A DNA stretch of 64,000 bases. Origin: Mobula hypostoma. Taxonomy: Eukaryota. The translations under genes and the position numbers were made by a program. Of the stretch, positions 13,880 through 26,429 are shown piece after piece; within the stretch, counting starts at the first letter, position 1; every line of letters begins with the position of its first letter. The notes beneath the pieces are model-generated. The model saw nothing but the letters and a program-made list of their open reading frames with translations, had not been told where the DNA came from and did not search any database. The stretch spans positions 113,028,001-113,092,000 of the forward strand of contig NC_086107.1 in the NCBI RefSeq assembly GCF_963921235.1, written 5' to 3'.

Positions 13880-14101
13880 GGGGTGAGAGGATGTAAGAGG
13901 GGGGCCCAGAGAGTGGGAGGGGTGAGAGGATGTAAGAGGGGTGGGAAGATGGAGGGGGGGGGCCCAGGGAGTGGGAGGGGTGGGAAGATGGAGGGGGGGG
14001 CCCAGGGAGTGGGAGGGGTGGGAAGATGGAGGGGGGGGCCCAGGGAGTGGGAGGGGTGGGAAGATGGAGGGGGGGGCCCAGGGAGTGGGAGGGGTGGGAA
14101 G
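13880..14101. repeat. G-rich minisatellite, 38-39 bp unit (GGGGTGGGAAGATGGAGGGGGGGGCCCAGGGAGTGGGA), about 4.3 near-exact copies plus degenerate copies
   Basis: TGGGAAG recurs at 13942, 13981, 14019, 14057 and 14095; explains the Pro/Gly-rich ORFs here. Confidence 0.95.
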
Positions 14102-14199
14102 TAGGGGAGAGTAAGAGCAAAGGGGTGCAGGGAGAAAAGCAATAGTTGGCCGAACCGATGATATGAGGAATCACTTAAGAGAGGGCGGAAAATGTGGGG

Positions 14200-15130
14200 T
14201 AAATAACCCTTGGGGTAAAACGTGATGATAGACAGGCGCTGGAGGGGTTGGCGGCGACTCACTCTCCTTTGGGCCTTTTGTATCCCCCCCCCTCAACAAT
14301 CACCAAGACCTCTCAGATGGGTGGGTGCGGTCTCCCATCTGCACCCAACCAGCAAGAATGATTCATCCAGTCCCTTCAATCCCCTCTCCCCGTCCCCCAG
14401 GAGCGGTAACCAGGTGTCCGGCCACACGCCGCCGCCACCATTTTGCCGCCGCGCTGTCCCGCCTCGAACGATCCACTGAGTTGCCGCCGCCCCTCCCACC
14501 ACCAGGCCCCCGCCTCCCCGCCCTGTCGCTCCCGCGTTCCGGCTAAAGCTGCCCTACTTTCCAATCGGCGAAAAAGCAGCAGCGCCATTCCCTTCGCTGT
14601 TCCCGTACCCAATGCCCCCCCTCAACACCTACCTCCATGCATTCGGCCATCTTGAGAAAGAAATGCCGTCATGTTCGTCCGGCCTTTTATAAGAAAATGA
14701 AAAGCGTGGCCCCACCTCTCTCATTTTTCTATTGGCTTTCCATCACGTTTGCTCGGGAATCACTGGCCAGTGAGTAAGTCACTCTAGGTGGCGTCACGCG
14801 ATCGGCTCTAGACTTTAAGCCAGGATTGGTTCATCAGCACGTCAATCCAACGAAAGTGCTCCGTCCTTTGCTTGATCAAACGGCGAGGGACGGTCCTCTA
14901 GGTAGGGAGAGTGATTGGGCAGTTTCTCTGTCCATCAAGAAAAATGAGGCGGGGAGTTGGTCCTGAGCGGAAGGCAATTGGCTAAGAGGGTCCAGCAGGA
15001 AACATTGAACAGACGCACGTGGGTCTCTTCATGGGATGCCGAGCATTTTAGCACGTGGAACCGAGAGGCTGGGGAAATACCGAACGTCCTTGCTAATGTC
15101 CCGCGTTCATGTTGGGCTAAAATCACACAC
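14200..15130 (-). promoter_or_regulatory. PRMT1 CpG-island promoter: TATA box, YY1/TISU-like start, CCAAT boxes, CRE-like sites, E-boxes
   Basis: CpG-rich. TATAAAAG on minus at 14691-14684; ATTGG (CCAAT) near 14731, 14825, 14914 and 14978; TGACG half-sites near 14793 and 14840; GCACGTGG twice near 15015 and 15051. Confidence 0.8.
14633..14650 (-). CDS. PRMT1: PRMT1 coding exon 1 (MAECME)
   Basis: Minus strand reads CAAG-ATG GCC GAA TGC ATG GAG|gtaggt inside a CpG island, downstream of TATAAAAG. The phase-0 donor fits the next exon. Resembles the vertebrate PRMT1 start (..CIME|VS..). Confidence 0.85.
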
Positions 15131-17619
15131 TGCACTCATTATAAAGAGCAATTGGCAAGCATTGGTTAATCTTACATTCAATTTGATTTACTTTATTGAA
15201 TTAAACATTGTCCTTGATGTCTGGCTATTGTTTAAGTATGCATGACTGTCTGATAACTGTGAAGATCACTATCAGAGCTCCATCAATACGTTGCGTTGCA
15301 GGGTCTGATTCCTATTCTGGTCATTGCTTTAGGTCACTACTGCATTGACCTACACCAGAGGTTGCTTTGCCAGACGAATCTGAGATCTCACCAGGTCTTG
15401 GTTCATACAAAAGATCATAGCATACTTTACAAAGTGTATCTGGATTTCTTTATCAATGTTAATTTCAGCTAGAGTATAGGGGGAAAACCGGATAGTAGGG
15501 GAGGAACTTAAGCAGTTCAAATATCAAAGGGATTCTTAGTTTAAAGGGAATTTATTACTATAATGTCACCATATCCCACCCTGAGATTCCTTTTCTTGAA
15601 GGCATGCATCGTAAATACAAAGAAACAAAGCCACAAAAAGATCAAAATAACTGCAAATAAATAAGCAATAAAGATAGAAAAATGAGAGGAAGTGAAAGTG
15701 AGTCCATAGGTTGTGGGAACAGGTCAGTGATGGGGCAAGTGAAGGTATCCCTTCTGGTTCAGGAGCCTGATGGTTGAGGGATGATAACTGTCCCTGAACC
15801 TGGTTGTGATGGTACCTTTGTCCTGATGGCAGCAGCAAGAAGAATCAGGTTTAATATCACTGGCATTTGTTGTGAGATTTGTTTTATAATATATAAAACA
15901 TTTTTGTATGATATGTTATTGCAGCACAATGCAATACAAGATATATAAAGAAAAATAAGTAAATCAATTGCAGTAAGCATATTAAAAAGATTTTGCACTA
16001 TTTTAAAAGAGAAAGTGAGCTCGTGTTCAGTGCAATGTTCATTTAGAGAGCAGATGGCAGAGGGAAAGAAGCTGTTCCTGAATTGCTGAGTGTGCATGCC
16101 TTCAGGCTTCTGTACCTCCTTCCTGATGGTAACAGTGAGAGGAGGGCATGTCCTGGGTGATGGAAGCCACTTTTCTGAGGCACCACTCCTTGAAGATGTC
16201 TTGGATACTACGGAGGCGGGTACCCAATAATTTTACAATGCTCCTCCTGTACTGTCACTGTTAATATTCTGCCAACGATAGTTGTGTGGTCAGTAAATTT
16301 ATAGATGGCATTTAGAAACGAACCCCGATCAGCGATCGCCAGAGCTGTAATAGCATTACGCTAACCACAAAGTTAATATTTTTTCCAGTTAAAACAAAAT
16401 CACTCATTTATATTAAGACAAGTTTAATTATGGAAATTTTTTTTACAAACATTAATTATTAAAGCTTCAAACAATAAATACAAAACCCCCTTCCCCCCCC
16501 CAGCAAAATCTTTTTAGAAAAATGTTTCAATGCTTCGTGGTTTGCATAGACAGACAAGATTATAAAAAGCTTACAGTGTAAGACTTTGCATCAGACCTTG
16601 CCCAGATTTCCATTGCTGTTTGAAGGGGACAAAATAAATAGCTGGAGGAACTCAGCAGGTCAGGCAGCATCCCTGGAGGTAGGAGATGGTTGATGTTTTG
16701 CTGGTTGACCCTGAATTGGGACTGAGGGTTCCCAACCTTTTTTTATGCCATGGAGCCTTACCGTTAACTGAGCGGGCTGTGAACCCCAGGTTGGAAACTC
16801 CTGGTTTTTGAGGGAAGAGGTGAGGGGGAGGGGCAAGACAGGAGCTGGCAGGTGATTGGTGGAATCAGTTAAGGATAGGAATATTATTTTATTTAGCAAT
16901 AGGCCCTTCCAGCCATGTTGCCGCAGCAACCTAGATTTTTTAATCATAACCTAATCACAGGACAATTCACAATGACCAGTTAGCCCACCTGGTACGTCTT
17001 TGGACTGTGGGGGGAAACTGGAGCACCAGGAGGAAACTCACACGATCACGGGGAGGACATGCAGAGACTCCTTACGGAAGACACCGGAATTGAACTCTGA
17101 ACTCCGGTGCCCCAAGCCGTAATAGCGTCGCGCTAACCGCTGCGTTGCCGTGGCGCAACGACGGGCGGACAGAAACAGGTGGGAAGGGGATGTGAAACTG
17201 GGTTAATAACGGCAGAGGGAGGGGTGTGTCATGTATGCACACAGAGCAAGGATGACAAACGACTAGAGTATGATTAGAAGCTTGGCCCCCACCCCAGGGT
17301 CATGTCACTGATGGTACACACTGGGCATCTTACAGTGTGAGACCGACAAACCGAGCTCACTGAGGCAAAAATGTGCACACTCGAAAGCCCGCGGGGTAAA
17401 CAGAGAGCCGTCTGCGTGTAGGAGGCCCAATTGATTCACCGCGTGATCAATTGGCCCCAAATACATGCCTCCTTCTTCCAATTGATTCAAAACGGTTCAG
17501 TATTGTAAAAGGGGGGGGGGGGGAAGGGAAGGAAGTGACAGAATCTGGATGAGGAGAGAAAAAATATCTTGAATTGAAAAAAAAAAATCAGTATTCATAC
17601 CAGACCGCATGCGCGCGCG

Positions 17620-18550
17620 CACACACACAAAATGCCAGAGGAGCTCAGCAGGTCAGGCAGCTTCTATGTAGAGGGATAAACAGATGCCAATTTGGGCTGA
17701 GACCCTTCATCAGAACTGAAAAGGAAGGGGGAAGATGCCAGAATAAGATGGTGGAGGGAAGAGGATGCAGGACAACTAGAGGATGAGATGTGAAACCAGG
17801 TGGGTGAGGGAGGGAATGAAGTGAGAAGCTTCATGATAGGTTGAACACTGATTTCTCTAAGTTCCAGACTTTTTTTTACACCACCCCTTCTCTCTTCATA
17901 TCTGCCCCCCCCCTTTTCCCTTTCTCTCATGGTCCACTCTCCTCTCAAATCAGATCCCTTCTTGTCCAGCCTTTGACCTTTTCCACCCACCTGGCTTCAC
18001 CTATCACCTTCCAGCCAGCCTCCTTCCCCTCCCCCCACCTCTTTACTCTGGTGTCTACCCCTCTTCCTTTCCAGTCCCGATGAAGGGTCTTGGCCCAAAA
18101 CGTCGACTCTTCATTCATCTCCATGGATGCTGCCTGACCCGCTGAATTCCTCCAGCATTTTGTGTGTGTGTTGCTTTGGATTTCCAGCATCTGCAGAACC
18201 TCTCGTGTTCATACCCTTGGGCTGTAGACTACCTAGGCAGAGTAGAAGGTGTTGGCCATCCAGGTCAGGAGATCCCAACCTGGGGTCCATAGACTGCTTG
18301 CTTAGTGGTATTGGTCCATGGCATTAAAAAAAAGAGGTCTAGATTGTATTTGGACTCACTGTGGCAGGCAGAAGGCCGAGGACTGACGTGTTGGTGTAGG
18401 AATGGGCAGGGGAGTGGAAATACCATGAATCCAGGAGTTCAGGGTAGCCGATGCGGAGGAACCCACATCAAAAGCGACAAAAGGCTAAACCAGATGGGAA
18501 GATGGGAGGAGGTGCACGTGAACCTTTGCCTGTCCTGTTGGGGCTGGTTG
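17620..18550. mobile_element. Penelope-like element remnant: inverted pseudo-LTR pair plus GIY-YIG relics
   Basis: Arms CACACAAAATGCCAGAGGAGCTCAGCAGG... and its reverse complement near 18130-18200; decayed hammerhead motifs in both arms. Confidence 0.75.
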
Positions 18551-21500
18551 GGTCCCCGGACGCCGGTGAGAGAGTAGGGTGTGAGGAAGAAGTGTTACAC
18601 CTCCTCAGGAGGCAGGGAACAGAGCAGAGTGTGTAAACCAGGGAGTCCCGGAGAGTGTCCTCTGAGGCCCTCGATCGGTTGCATCGGCAGGGCAGTATGA
18701 TATGCAGCAGCCTTCCCCTCACCACACACCTTCCCCCTGGGTTTACTCCCGAAGCTTTCCCCATAAGTGGGTAAGGCTGCAGGGCAGCAGGGGTTTGAGA
18801 TCAGAGTTTTCCTTCTCCTTGAAGAGCTGCCATCCACAGCTGATGAGCCCCATCTGCAAGAAGCGACTGGTTTTAAGGAGCCAGTAACCAGCCTTGGCCT
18901 CTTCTCCTGTCAGCGGAAATAGTTCCACCAGGCTTGGTAGCTAAGCCACACGTGAAGGCCAGGAGTGGGACTTGGTTGTCAGAGGCCATTTGAGGCACAC
19001 GCCATTGGGAGCATTTAATACGTAGTGGGACTTTAACCGCACCACCTCCCCCACCAAGACAGCAGTAAGGAACCAATGGAGAGAGGGTTTCTCCAAAAAT
19101 TTGAAAGGGTGAGGAGAGAAAGAGGGTTAGTATGACCTGCCCTTCATGCCCCCTCATCTGGTTCCACCAACCCATCTTACCCTTCCCTCGCTCCATTTTA
19201 TACTGGCCATCTCCCGCCACACACTCAGTCCTGATGCAGGGTCTTGATTCAAAACATCAACCATTGCTTCCCTTCCATGAATCTCTGTAGTGTTCTTCCA
19301 GCAGTTTTATCATCCCTGCTGCCTCTTTGTGTCTCTGTGTTTTCATAGTTCAAAGTAAATTTTATCATCAAAGTACATATACATCACCATATATAACCCT
19401 GAGATTCATTTTCTCGTGGGCATTTGTTTCATTTTTTTCAATCCCCAGGGGGCTAATAAGTTCCATGAACAAGGGCTGACTTCTGGCGCACCAGCCATTT
19501 TGTGGAGGAGACACCTTGGCCCTGGAGTCCATTTTGTCACCTAATTACATCATGATAGTTTAGCAGCTCCCCTAGACCCACATTTCCTTACATCATTTAC
19601 CAAAAGAAGCCTAGCGTCACTTTATGGACACACATATAATGTATTGATATTTATTCTGTTTTTTTTTGTGCCGCATCAGATCCAGAGTAACAATTATTTC
19701 GTTATCTTTTACAACCGTGTACTGGAAATGCCATTAAACAATCTTGAATTAAAATGGACAATGTATCGGCAGGGAATGAGACACCTGACAGCTCGTTCGC
19801 CTCTCACATTACTTGTTCATGGATACCGGACGGAAAAGGCCCCTCTAACTGCACCGTCCAGCAACCCCCGACTGACATTAGTCCGAGGATCAGAGGGGTC
19901 AAAGCACCTCTTCCTCTGTTCACCCACCCTCCCACCAACTTTTGTCAATTGCACTAACATCGGAGTTAGTCTCATGTCTTGGCCTTAATCCAGCCACAAT
20001 CGATAGAGTGCAAAACCCCCACATCCCTCCCAGATCGGGGTCCACTATGTAGCTTTCGGCTACTGAGCCGTCAGACGCACAACCAAGAATGCTTAAATTT
20101 AAAAAAAATAAATGACCAGACAGACTTTACTGTAGCTAGCTGATGCAAAGCCTATTAAAGTTCTTTGCAATATACCACATAGCTGGCCGGTGGTATTGTG
20201 GCATCAGAATTGGACTTTGGGCCGAATGGTCTCGGGTTCAAATCCGGCCAGCTCCTTGCACGCTTCCCATCCGTGTTACGTTGAGTGTTGAGCTAGCAAT
20301 TTGGCCTCATAAAAAAAACACAAACAAACGCTACAGGATGGACAAGGTTGTCACCCAGTGCGCCATAAGACGCGGAGGGGAAACAACAAAATACAGTATG
20401 ACATTTCGAAGAACTCTCTCCCGTAAACATTCTAAAATACATATGCCCCACAAGAGTTGAGCATGCAGGTCCGAGAGAATCCCAGAGCAATCACAGCTTA
20501 ATGTCCAATACTTAATAAAATTATAAATTAGTTTTACAATTTACAAAAAAAAGACATTTAAATAATCTCACATACTTAGATCTGCTTACCAGAGCCAAGT
20601 TACAGAACATCACTGCAGAGCTCATAGCTCTTCAGTTAACATGCGAGAAACATATTGTTTATCATTTATAAAATAAAGCAATCTATTTATCTAATTTTAT
20701 GGTGGTGGTCAACAATCAAGGAGTCTGTAGAAGATTGTCCACGTCTTGGACGTTTTAAAATCACTTTGTTTTCCAAAGTGCGTGAATTCAATATGGCACC
20801 ATGAACCCACAGTCTGAAATTCTGCCTTTTCCTGAGCCCAGCACACTAGGTGTTCACAGGCTGTTCGATTGGCATAAACTTCATAGTAGGTTTCAATTCT
20901 ACCCCCACCCACTGCACTAGCCCCTGCCTAGTGTCTGACTGATTACCCGTTCCACATTCGATCTTGCCCTGGAGGTCCATTATAGTTACCTTTCAGTCTA
21001 CCTCTAGTCGAAGTGAGAGAACTTTGTCAGCTTCAAGGCATCAGGGAACTGAAGAAGAGCATTCCTTGAGTGCTTACAGGGATATTCTGAGGAGATATAT
21101 TTACGGACGCAATCTTGTACTGCATTTCCTATTCCAAATCCCGAGCAGTAGCTGGGACCAAGCTCAAATAAAACACAGCGCAATAAGATCAGGCTGTCAA
21201 CTCCAAGGTGAGTTAGTTTTTCCTGTACGGGCTAGAGACTTGGAGAATGGACTAACTTCAAGAAAGGTGCAGACCTTTATCAGTAGCTGTCTGAGAAAAA
21301 AATCCTTTGGACCTACTGACCAGAAGTAATCAGCAACACTGATCTGCGGCAGAGAACACACCAGCGAGCAACAGAAGAATTAGAGAAGATGGGGATGGAT
21401 AGGACACACACTGGGTAAACCATGTTACCAATGTCACCGGGCAAGTGCCAACATAGAATCCCCAGGGGAAGCAGAAAAGCGGCCAGCAAAGAACACCTGG

Positions 21501-22946
21501 CAACGTGACCATGAAGCTAGCACCAAGAAGACAGGCTACACCTGGGGACAACTTGAAGGACTGGCCCAGGGTGGAGGACTCTTGCTGTTAGCGGCCTTTG
21601 TCCTAGTAGGGGGTGATGGGTCTAACTAACTAAACTTCTGGACATATTGCAAGACCACCCCTTTCCCTTGCACTGTAGGGTAACTCCTTGCAACTGGCCA
21701 ATGGATTGGAACCCTTAGCTTCAGGTACACACCAAGAATTAAACAAAGATTATCCAGTCCAACAGCCCAGAAAGCTAACAAGGTCCCTTGCATACTGAGC
21801 TGCCTGTCTACAATATTGAACCAGCCACCTACAATGAGGCCAGGTAGTCTACACCAATGATCCACTGCTCTTCTGAATAGTTAGTTGTTGACCTCAATAG
21901 TCACATGCCAAAGATAAAATTGTACAAGCCAGCCTAGTTTAGGTAGCCATTTCCCAATATGGGATCTACAGCTTGTCCAAAAGGACAGGGAGCACAGCAC
22001 TGATTTCCACAAATGCTTCCCCTTGGGGAACATAATTTTCTTCTACAAATGGGGCAAATAATGGTTCCACATTTATACACGGGACAGGAGGGGAAAGCTA
22101 TGACTAGAATGGTCGGGGAGGGAGAACACATTTATCTCAATCTGATGATACACACTCGTTTCAGAATGCTCACTTACAATGCATTTTCACTGATACTTCT
22201 AGATGCTATTCTGCTTTATAATCATATTGGACTACTGAGCCTCTTGGCCACAGATACCCACAGGAGGTAGTACGTATAGATATGGCACTAGTTTCACCTT
22301 ACTCATCTTTCAATCAGTGGGCCCATTATAAGACCATAAGGCATAGGAACAGAAGTAGGGCCATTCAGCCCATCAAGTCTGCTCCACCATTCCATCATGG
22401 CTGATTATGCTCCCAGTCAACCCCATTGTCTCTGGAACCTTTGACACTCACACTAATTGAGAAATTTGTTAGAAGTTGAGGAGATTTGGTATGTCACCAA
22501 AGACTGCTGCAAATTTCTACAGACACGTAGTGGAGAGCATTCTGACTGGTTGTATCATTAGCGCAAGTCCCCACTGGCCTATGAAAGTATATTATAAGAA
22601 AAACATCAGGCACTTCTTAAAAACCACCTACATCTTCCTGAACCTCCAAGAGGACTACAACTTTGTCATAGGGTTTGGAAGTTTGCGTGCCTCAATGACC
22701 TGGAGGGCAATGATGACTGGAGTCAGGGCTTTATGCTTTGGCTCTTGGTCGGGTCACCCATGCCAAGCAGGTCAAAGGGTAGAGGCCAGACTAAGAGTGG
22801 TCCACCAATCCTTCAGGTTTGGAGGTTCAACTCAGGGCTAACAACCTTGACTGGTAAAATAAAACTGTTAGAGATAGTAATGAAGAGCCCTCTACATCTG
22901 AGTGCGATAGTACTCCTGAGTCTCCACTCAGGAGTTGCATGACTAA

Positions 22947-23456
22947 AGGCTGATTTATACTTGTGCATCAAATGAACGCCTTAACCTACGCAAGTGGCCT
23001 ACGTGCGTTGTGAGCATTTATACTTGTACGTTGGTGTGTCTATGTCGCTCTGCAATTCGCGCACATCATGCATGCGCACACACCTGCCCACGCAAGGCTT
23101 CATGGTCATGCTAGTCTTTCTCGGGGTAAACAAGAAGCGAGCGTCTTTTTTCGTAAAAGCAAAATGTGTCCTCCATAATTTCGGAGGTCTGTAAAGCTTT
23201 ATGGAAAGCATTGCAGCCAGAGTTCCTCCCCTGCCCTTCAGTCGCCCAGTGGGAAGCTATTGCAGCGTAGGAGGAAATGCGATGCTACCAAGCGGACCAA
23301 TCATTGGTGTTGCAGTCTGTGTTGCCGCAACGCGTAGTTACATTTTGGGAGAGGTGCGCGTCAGGCTACGGCGTAGGGATCCCCGTAGGCTCTGTGTAGG
23401 GTTCGCGGTGACACCGTACCTACAGCGCGAGTTGACGCAGAAATATAAATCAGCCT
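22947..23456. mobile_element. PIF/Harbinger-type MITE inserted in an RTE-related repeat (22640-23570)
   Basis: About 25-bp TIRs AGGCTGATTTATA...TATAAATCAGCCT with a 3-bp TAA TSD (22944-22946 and 23457-23459). The rejoined flanks match the uninterrupted copy at 28420-28810. Confidence 0.9.
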
Positions 23457-24031
23457 TAACAGTCATGAAAACTGAGCTACTGGCACGATGAAGGAAGCCC
23501 TGAACACTGCCAGGGCTGCAGGACTCTCATTGCTGCCCGAAATGCCAGCGGCGTAACAGTCAGTAGGTAGGGCAGGTACATCTTCCTGAAGTTAGTTTGA
23601 TTTACTCATGGACATCCGCTAAAGTTACGGACCATCAACGTGATCCAAACCTTGTTATGTACAGCTACATTATACAGGCTACTGAATCAAATCAACAGAT
23701 TAAAACTTTAAATGGCCAATCCTTTACATTTTAAACAATGCGTGCATCATGAAGAGTGTAGGTGAGAACGAGGTAGATTTCTGAGCAAGGTTGTCAGGTA
23801 CATTTTTTCCCCCCCTCACTGACTCCATACTCATCCATTTTCCTTGAACCAATGATATCCTCTATGGTATTCATAAGTTTTCATATTCAGAAATTAGGAT
23901 ATACAGGAAAACTCCATTAATCTGCTACAGTAAGGAAATTCCAAACTGGCATTTTGTTTGGACCATGGGATATTATTCCAATTAATACGCAAAAACTTTT
24001 TTTTCTTTTAAAAGAGAGAAATAATGTTCTA

Positions 24032-24572
24032 AACTCAGTGGCCCCTCTATGAGGTACACCTGTTCGTTAATACAAATATCTAATCAGCCAATCACGTGGC
24101 TGCAACTTGATGCATCAAAGCATGCAGACATGGTCAAGAGGTTCAGTTGTTGTCCAGACTAAACATCAGAATGGGGAAGGCATGTGATCTAAATGACCCT
24201 GGCTGTGGGATGATTGTCGGTGCCAGTTGGGATGGTTTAAATATCTCAGAAACTGCTGAACTCCTGAGATTTTCAGGTACAAGTATCGTGAGTTTACAGA
24301 GAATGGTCCGAGAAACCAAAAAAACACATCTAGCGAGCAGCAGTTCTGTGGGCAAAAATGCCTTGTTGATAGGGGAGGTCAGAGGAGAATGGCCAGATGG
24401 GTTCAAGCTGACAGGAAGGTGACAAGACACTCAAATAACCATGTGTTACAACAGTGGTGTGCAGAAGAGCACCTCTGAACGCACAGGACACTGAACCTCG
24501 AAGTGGACGGACTACAGCAGCAGAAGACTACACCAGGTCCACTCCGCCACCTAATAAAGTGGACACTGAGTG
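24032..24572 (+). mobile_element. Non-autonomous Tc1-like element with both TIRs
   Basis: TIRs at both ends; ORF 24147..24422 (GMIVGA...ISETAELL) is a Tc1 transposase N-terminal relic. Confidence 0.85.
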
Positions 24573-25076
24573 TACAGTACAGAATAAAACCCCCCACCCC
24601 CCCACCCCCAGTGAACCCGGTGAGTTTGAAGAGAAACAGGTGCCGAATCTCCGGGATTTGACAATGATTAGAGAGCAGATTCTCCAGAATTTTACTGTAT
24701 ATATTAGTAGGACGGAAATTTCCTTCTCTGGACTTTTCCAGAGAAGGATAGAATGGAAAAGAGTGCATAAAAAAAACACGCAGACACAACGGTACAGGCT
24801 CTACTACAGCTTATAACAATAAGCTTCTCGTCGTCAGTACAACAATAAACACAACTTCACCAGCTGTCTCTGTGACAGTCCCACACGAAGCTGGTTTCTC
24901 CACCCCCGTTTGGTTTCGGTCACCTACCCACTCGCACGTTTGATGGCTGAAACCTATTTGAATGTCTTTGGCATTTTCCAGCTTTAAAAGACAGCTTCTT
25001 TTCTTTGTTTGAATAGCCGAGGGCAAACTTGTAGGACTGCCCGAATTTCATCTTAGTTCCCTGGGTCTGGCTCAAG

Positions 25077-25124
25077 TCAGTCTATCGGTTGTTCGGAGAA
25101 GTCATCCAAGGGCAGTACCATTTT
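25077..25124 (-). CDS. BCL2L12: BCL2L12-like last coding exon (KMVLPLDDFSEQPID*)
   Basis: ttttctcgttcctctaacag| acceptor, phase 0, TGA at 25079-25077. The short acidic C-terminus lacks a transmembrane anchor, as in BCL2L12/BCL2L14. Confidence 0.8.
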   Translation of the reverse strand, partial: KMVLPLDDFSEQPID

Positions 25125-25859
25125 CTGTTAGAGGAACGAGAAAAAAAACAGCTAAGGTTAAATACCTCAAACACAAAAAGTCTGCAGATGCCGGAAATGT
25201 AAAGCAACACGCAGAAAATGCTGAAGAAACTCAGCTGATCAGGGAACATCTATGAATAGACAGTCAATGTTTTGGGATGAGACTCTTCTTCAGGACTGAA
25301 AAGGGGGAATTTGCCAGAATAAAAAGTTGGGAGTGGGGGACAGGAAGGAGGCTAGCTAGAAGGTGATAGCCTCGCACCATCAGGTTCAGGAATAGTTATT
25401 ACCCCTCAGCACTTCAACCAAAAGGGGTAACTTCACTCGCCCCATTATTGAAATGCTCCCACAGCCAGTAGACGTACTCTCAAGGACTCTTCATCTCATA
25501 TTCTTGATATTTATTGCCTATTTATTTATTATTTCTTCTTCTTGTATTTGCTCAGTTTGTTGTCTTCTGCACTCTGGCTGATCTCCCAAGTTGGGTGGTC
25601 TTTCCTTGATTCTGTTATGGTTATTACTCTACAGATTGATTGGCTATGCCCACAAGAAAATGTATAATGGTGACATACTTGTACTTGGAGGATAAAATTT
25701 ACTTTGAACTTTGAAAATTCAATCGTGGTATTAAAGAGGAAACAGGATGCAGAATATCGTGTTACGGTTACAGAGAAAGTGCAGAGCTTGTCAATAAATA
25801 ACGTGTAAGGTGAATGAGCAGATCCGAAGTTCATTGTTTAGCGTATGGGAGGTCAGTTC

Positions 25860-26340
25860 AAGTGTGTTATCATGATGTATCTCTAAATAAAATGTATTTA
25901 TATGCGTTTTATAACATATTAAAATAAAGAACCATGTAAGAGGTGTTTCTTTGTCACTTAGAAATATCGGATAATTATGTCTGCGGGCAGGAACAAGCAT
26001 GAACAAATTGGGATATAAACACCTACAATGGTTGGTATATAGGCTTGTATGCAACATTTTGGACCAGTGGAAATGGTCCAGAAGGGTTGTATGGAAACTA
26101 TTATTACCATTTTTCTTAACAACTAATTTCATTACTTAGCCTAATAGGTTAGATTTACCACAGTACATAATTATCTATTTAAATGTTTATCTTGCTTTTA
26201 TATCATCTCAATGCGTACTTAAGAATGTATAAATAATTGTAGTTTTATACATATAAAAAAATGGAAAAGGTTATATGTGTGAAAAAAGTACATGATAATT
26301 GTGAACTCCTTATCCAAATAAAAATAAAATTAAAAAAAAA
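25860..26340 (+). mobile_element. AT-rich LINE (L1/Tx1-like) 3' fragment with poly(A); a similar AT-rich relic lies near 58960-59270
   Basis: Ends in AATAAAAATAAAATTAAAAAAAAA; family assignment is by recognition only. Confidence 0.45.
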
Positions 26341-26429
26341 TATCAGAACAGATAATCAAAGTTTGGTCAAAGTAATAGATATTGAGGACATCTCAAAGGA
26401 ATAGCAAGAACCAAAGTTCAAAGTACATT

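Noticed and set aside
13357..14262. 301-aa and 269-aa Pro/Ser/Leu-rich ORFs
   Set aside because: Produced by a purine-skewed tract and minisatellite in PRMT1 intron 1; no domain or splice support.
18750..19040. Possible HDV-like ribozyme in an RTE-type 5' region (minus strand)
   Set aside because: P2- and L3-like pieces are visible, but I could not build a consistent P1/P1.1/P3 double pseudoknot by eye; it needs an RNArobo or Infernal search.
21934..22131. Cys-rich 65-aa ORF
   Set aside because: No recognisable domain spacing, splice context or promoter; probably chance.
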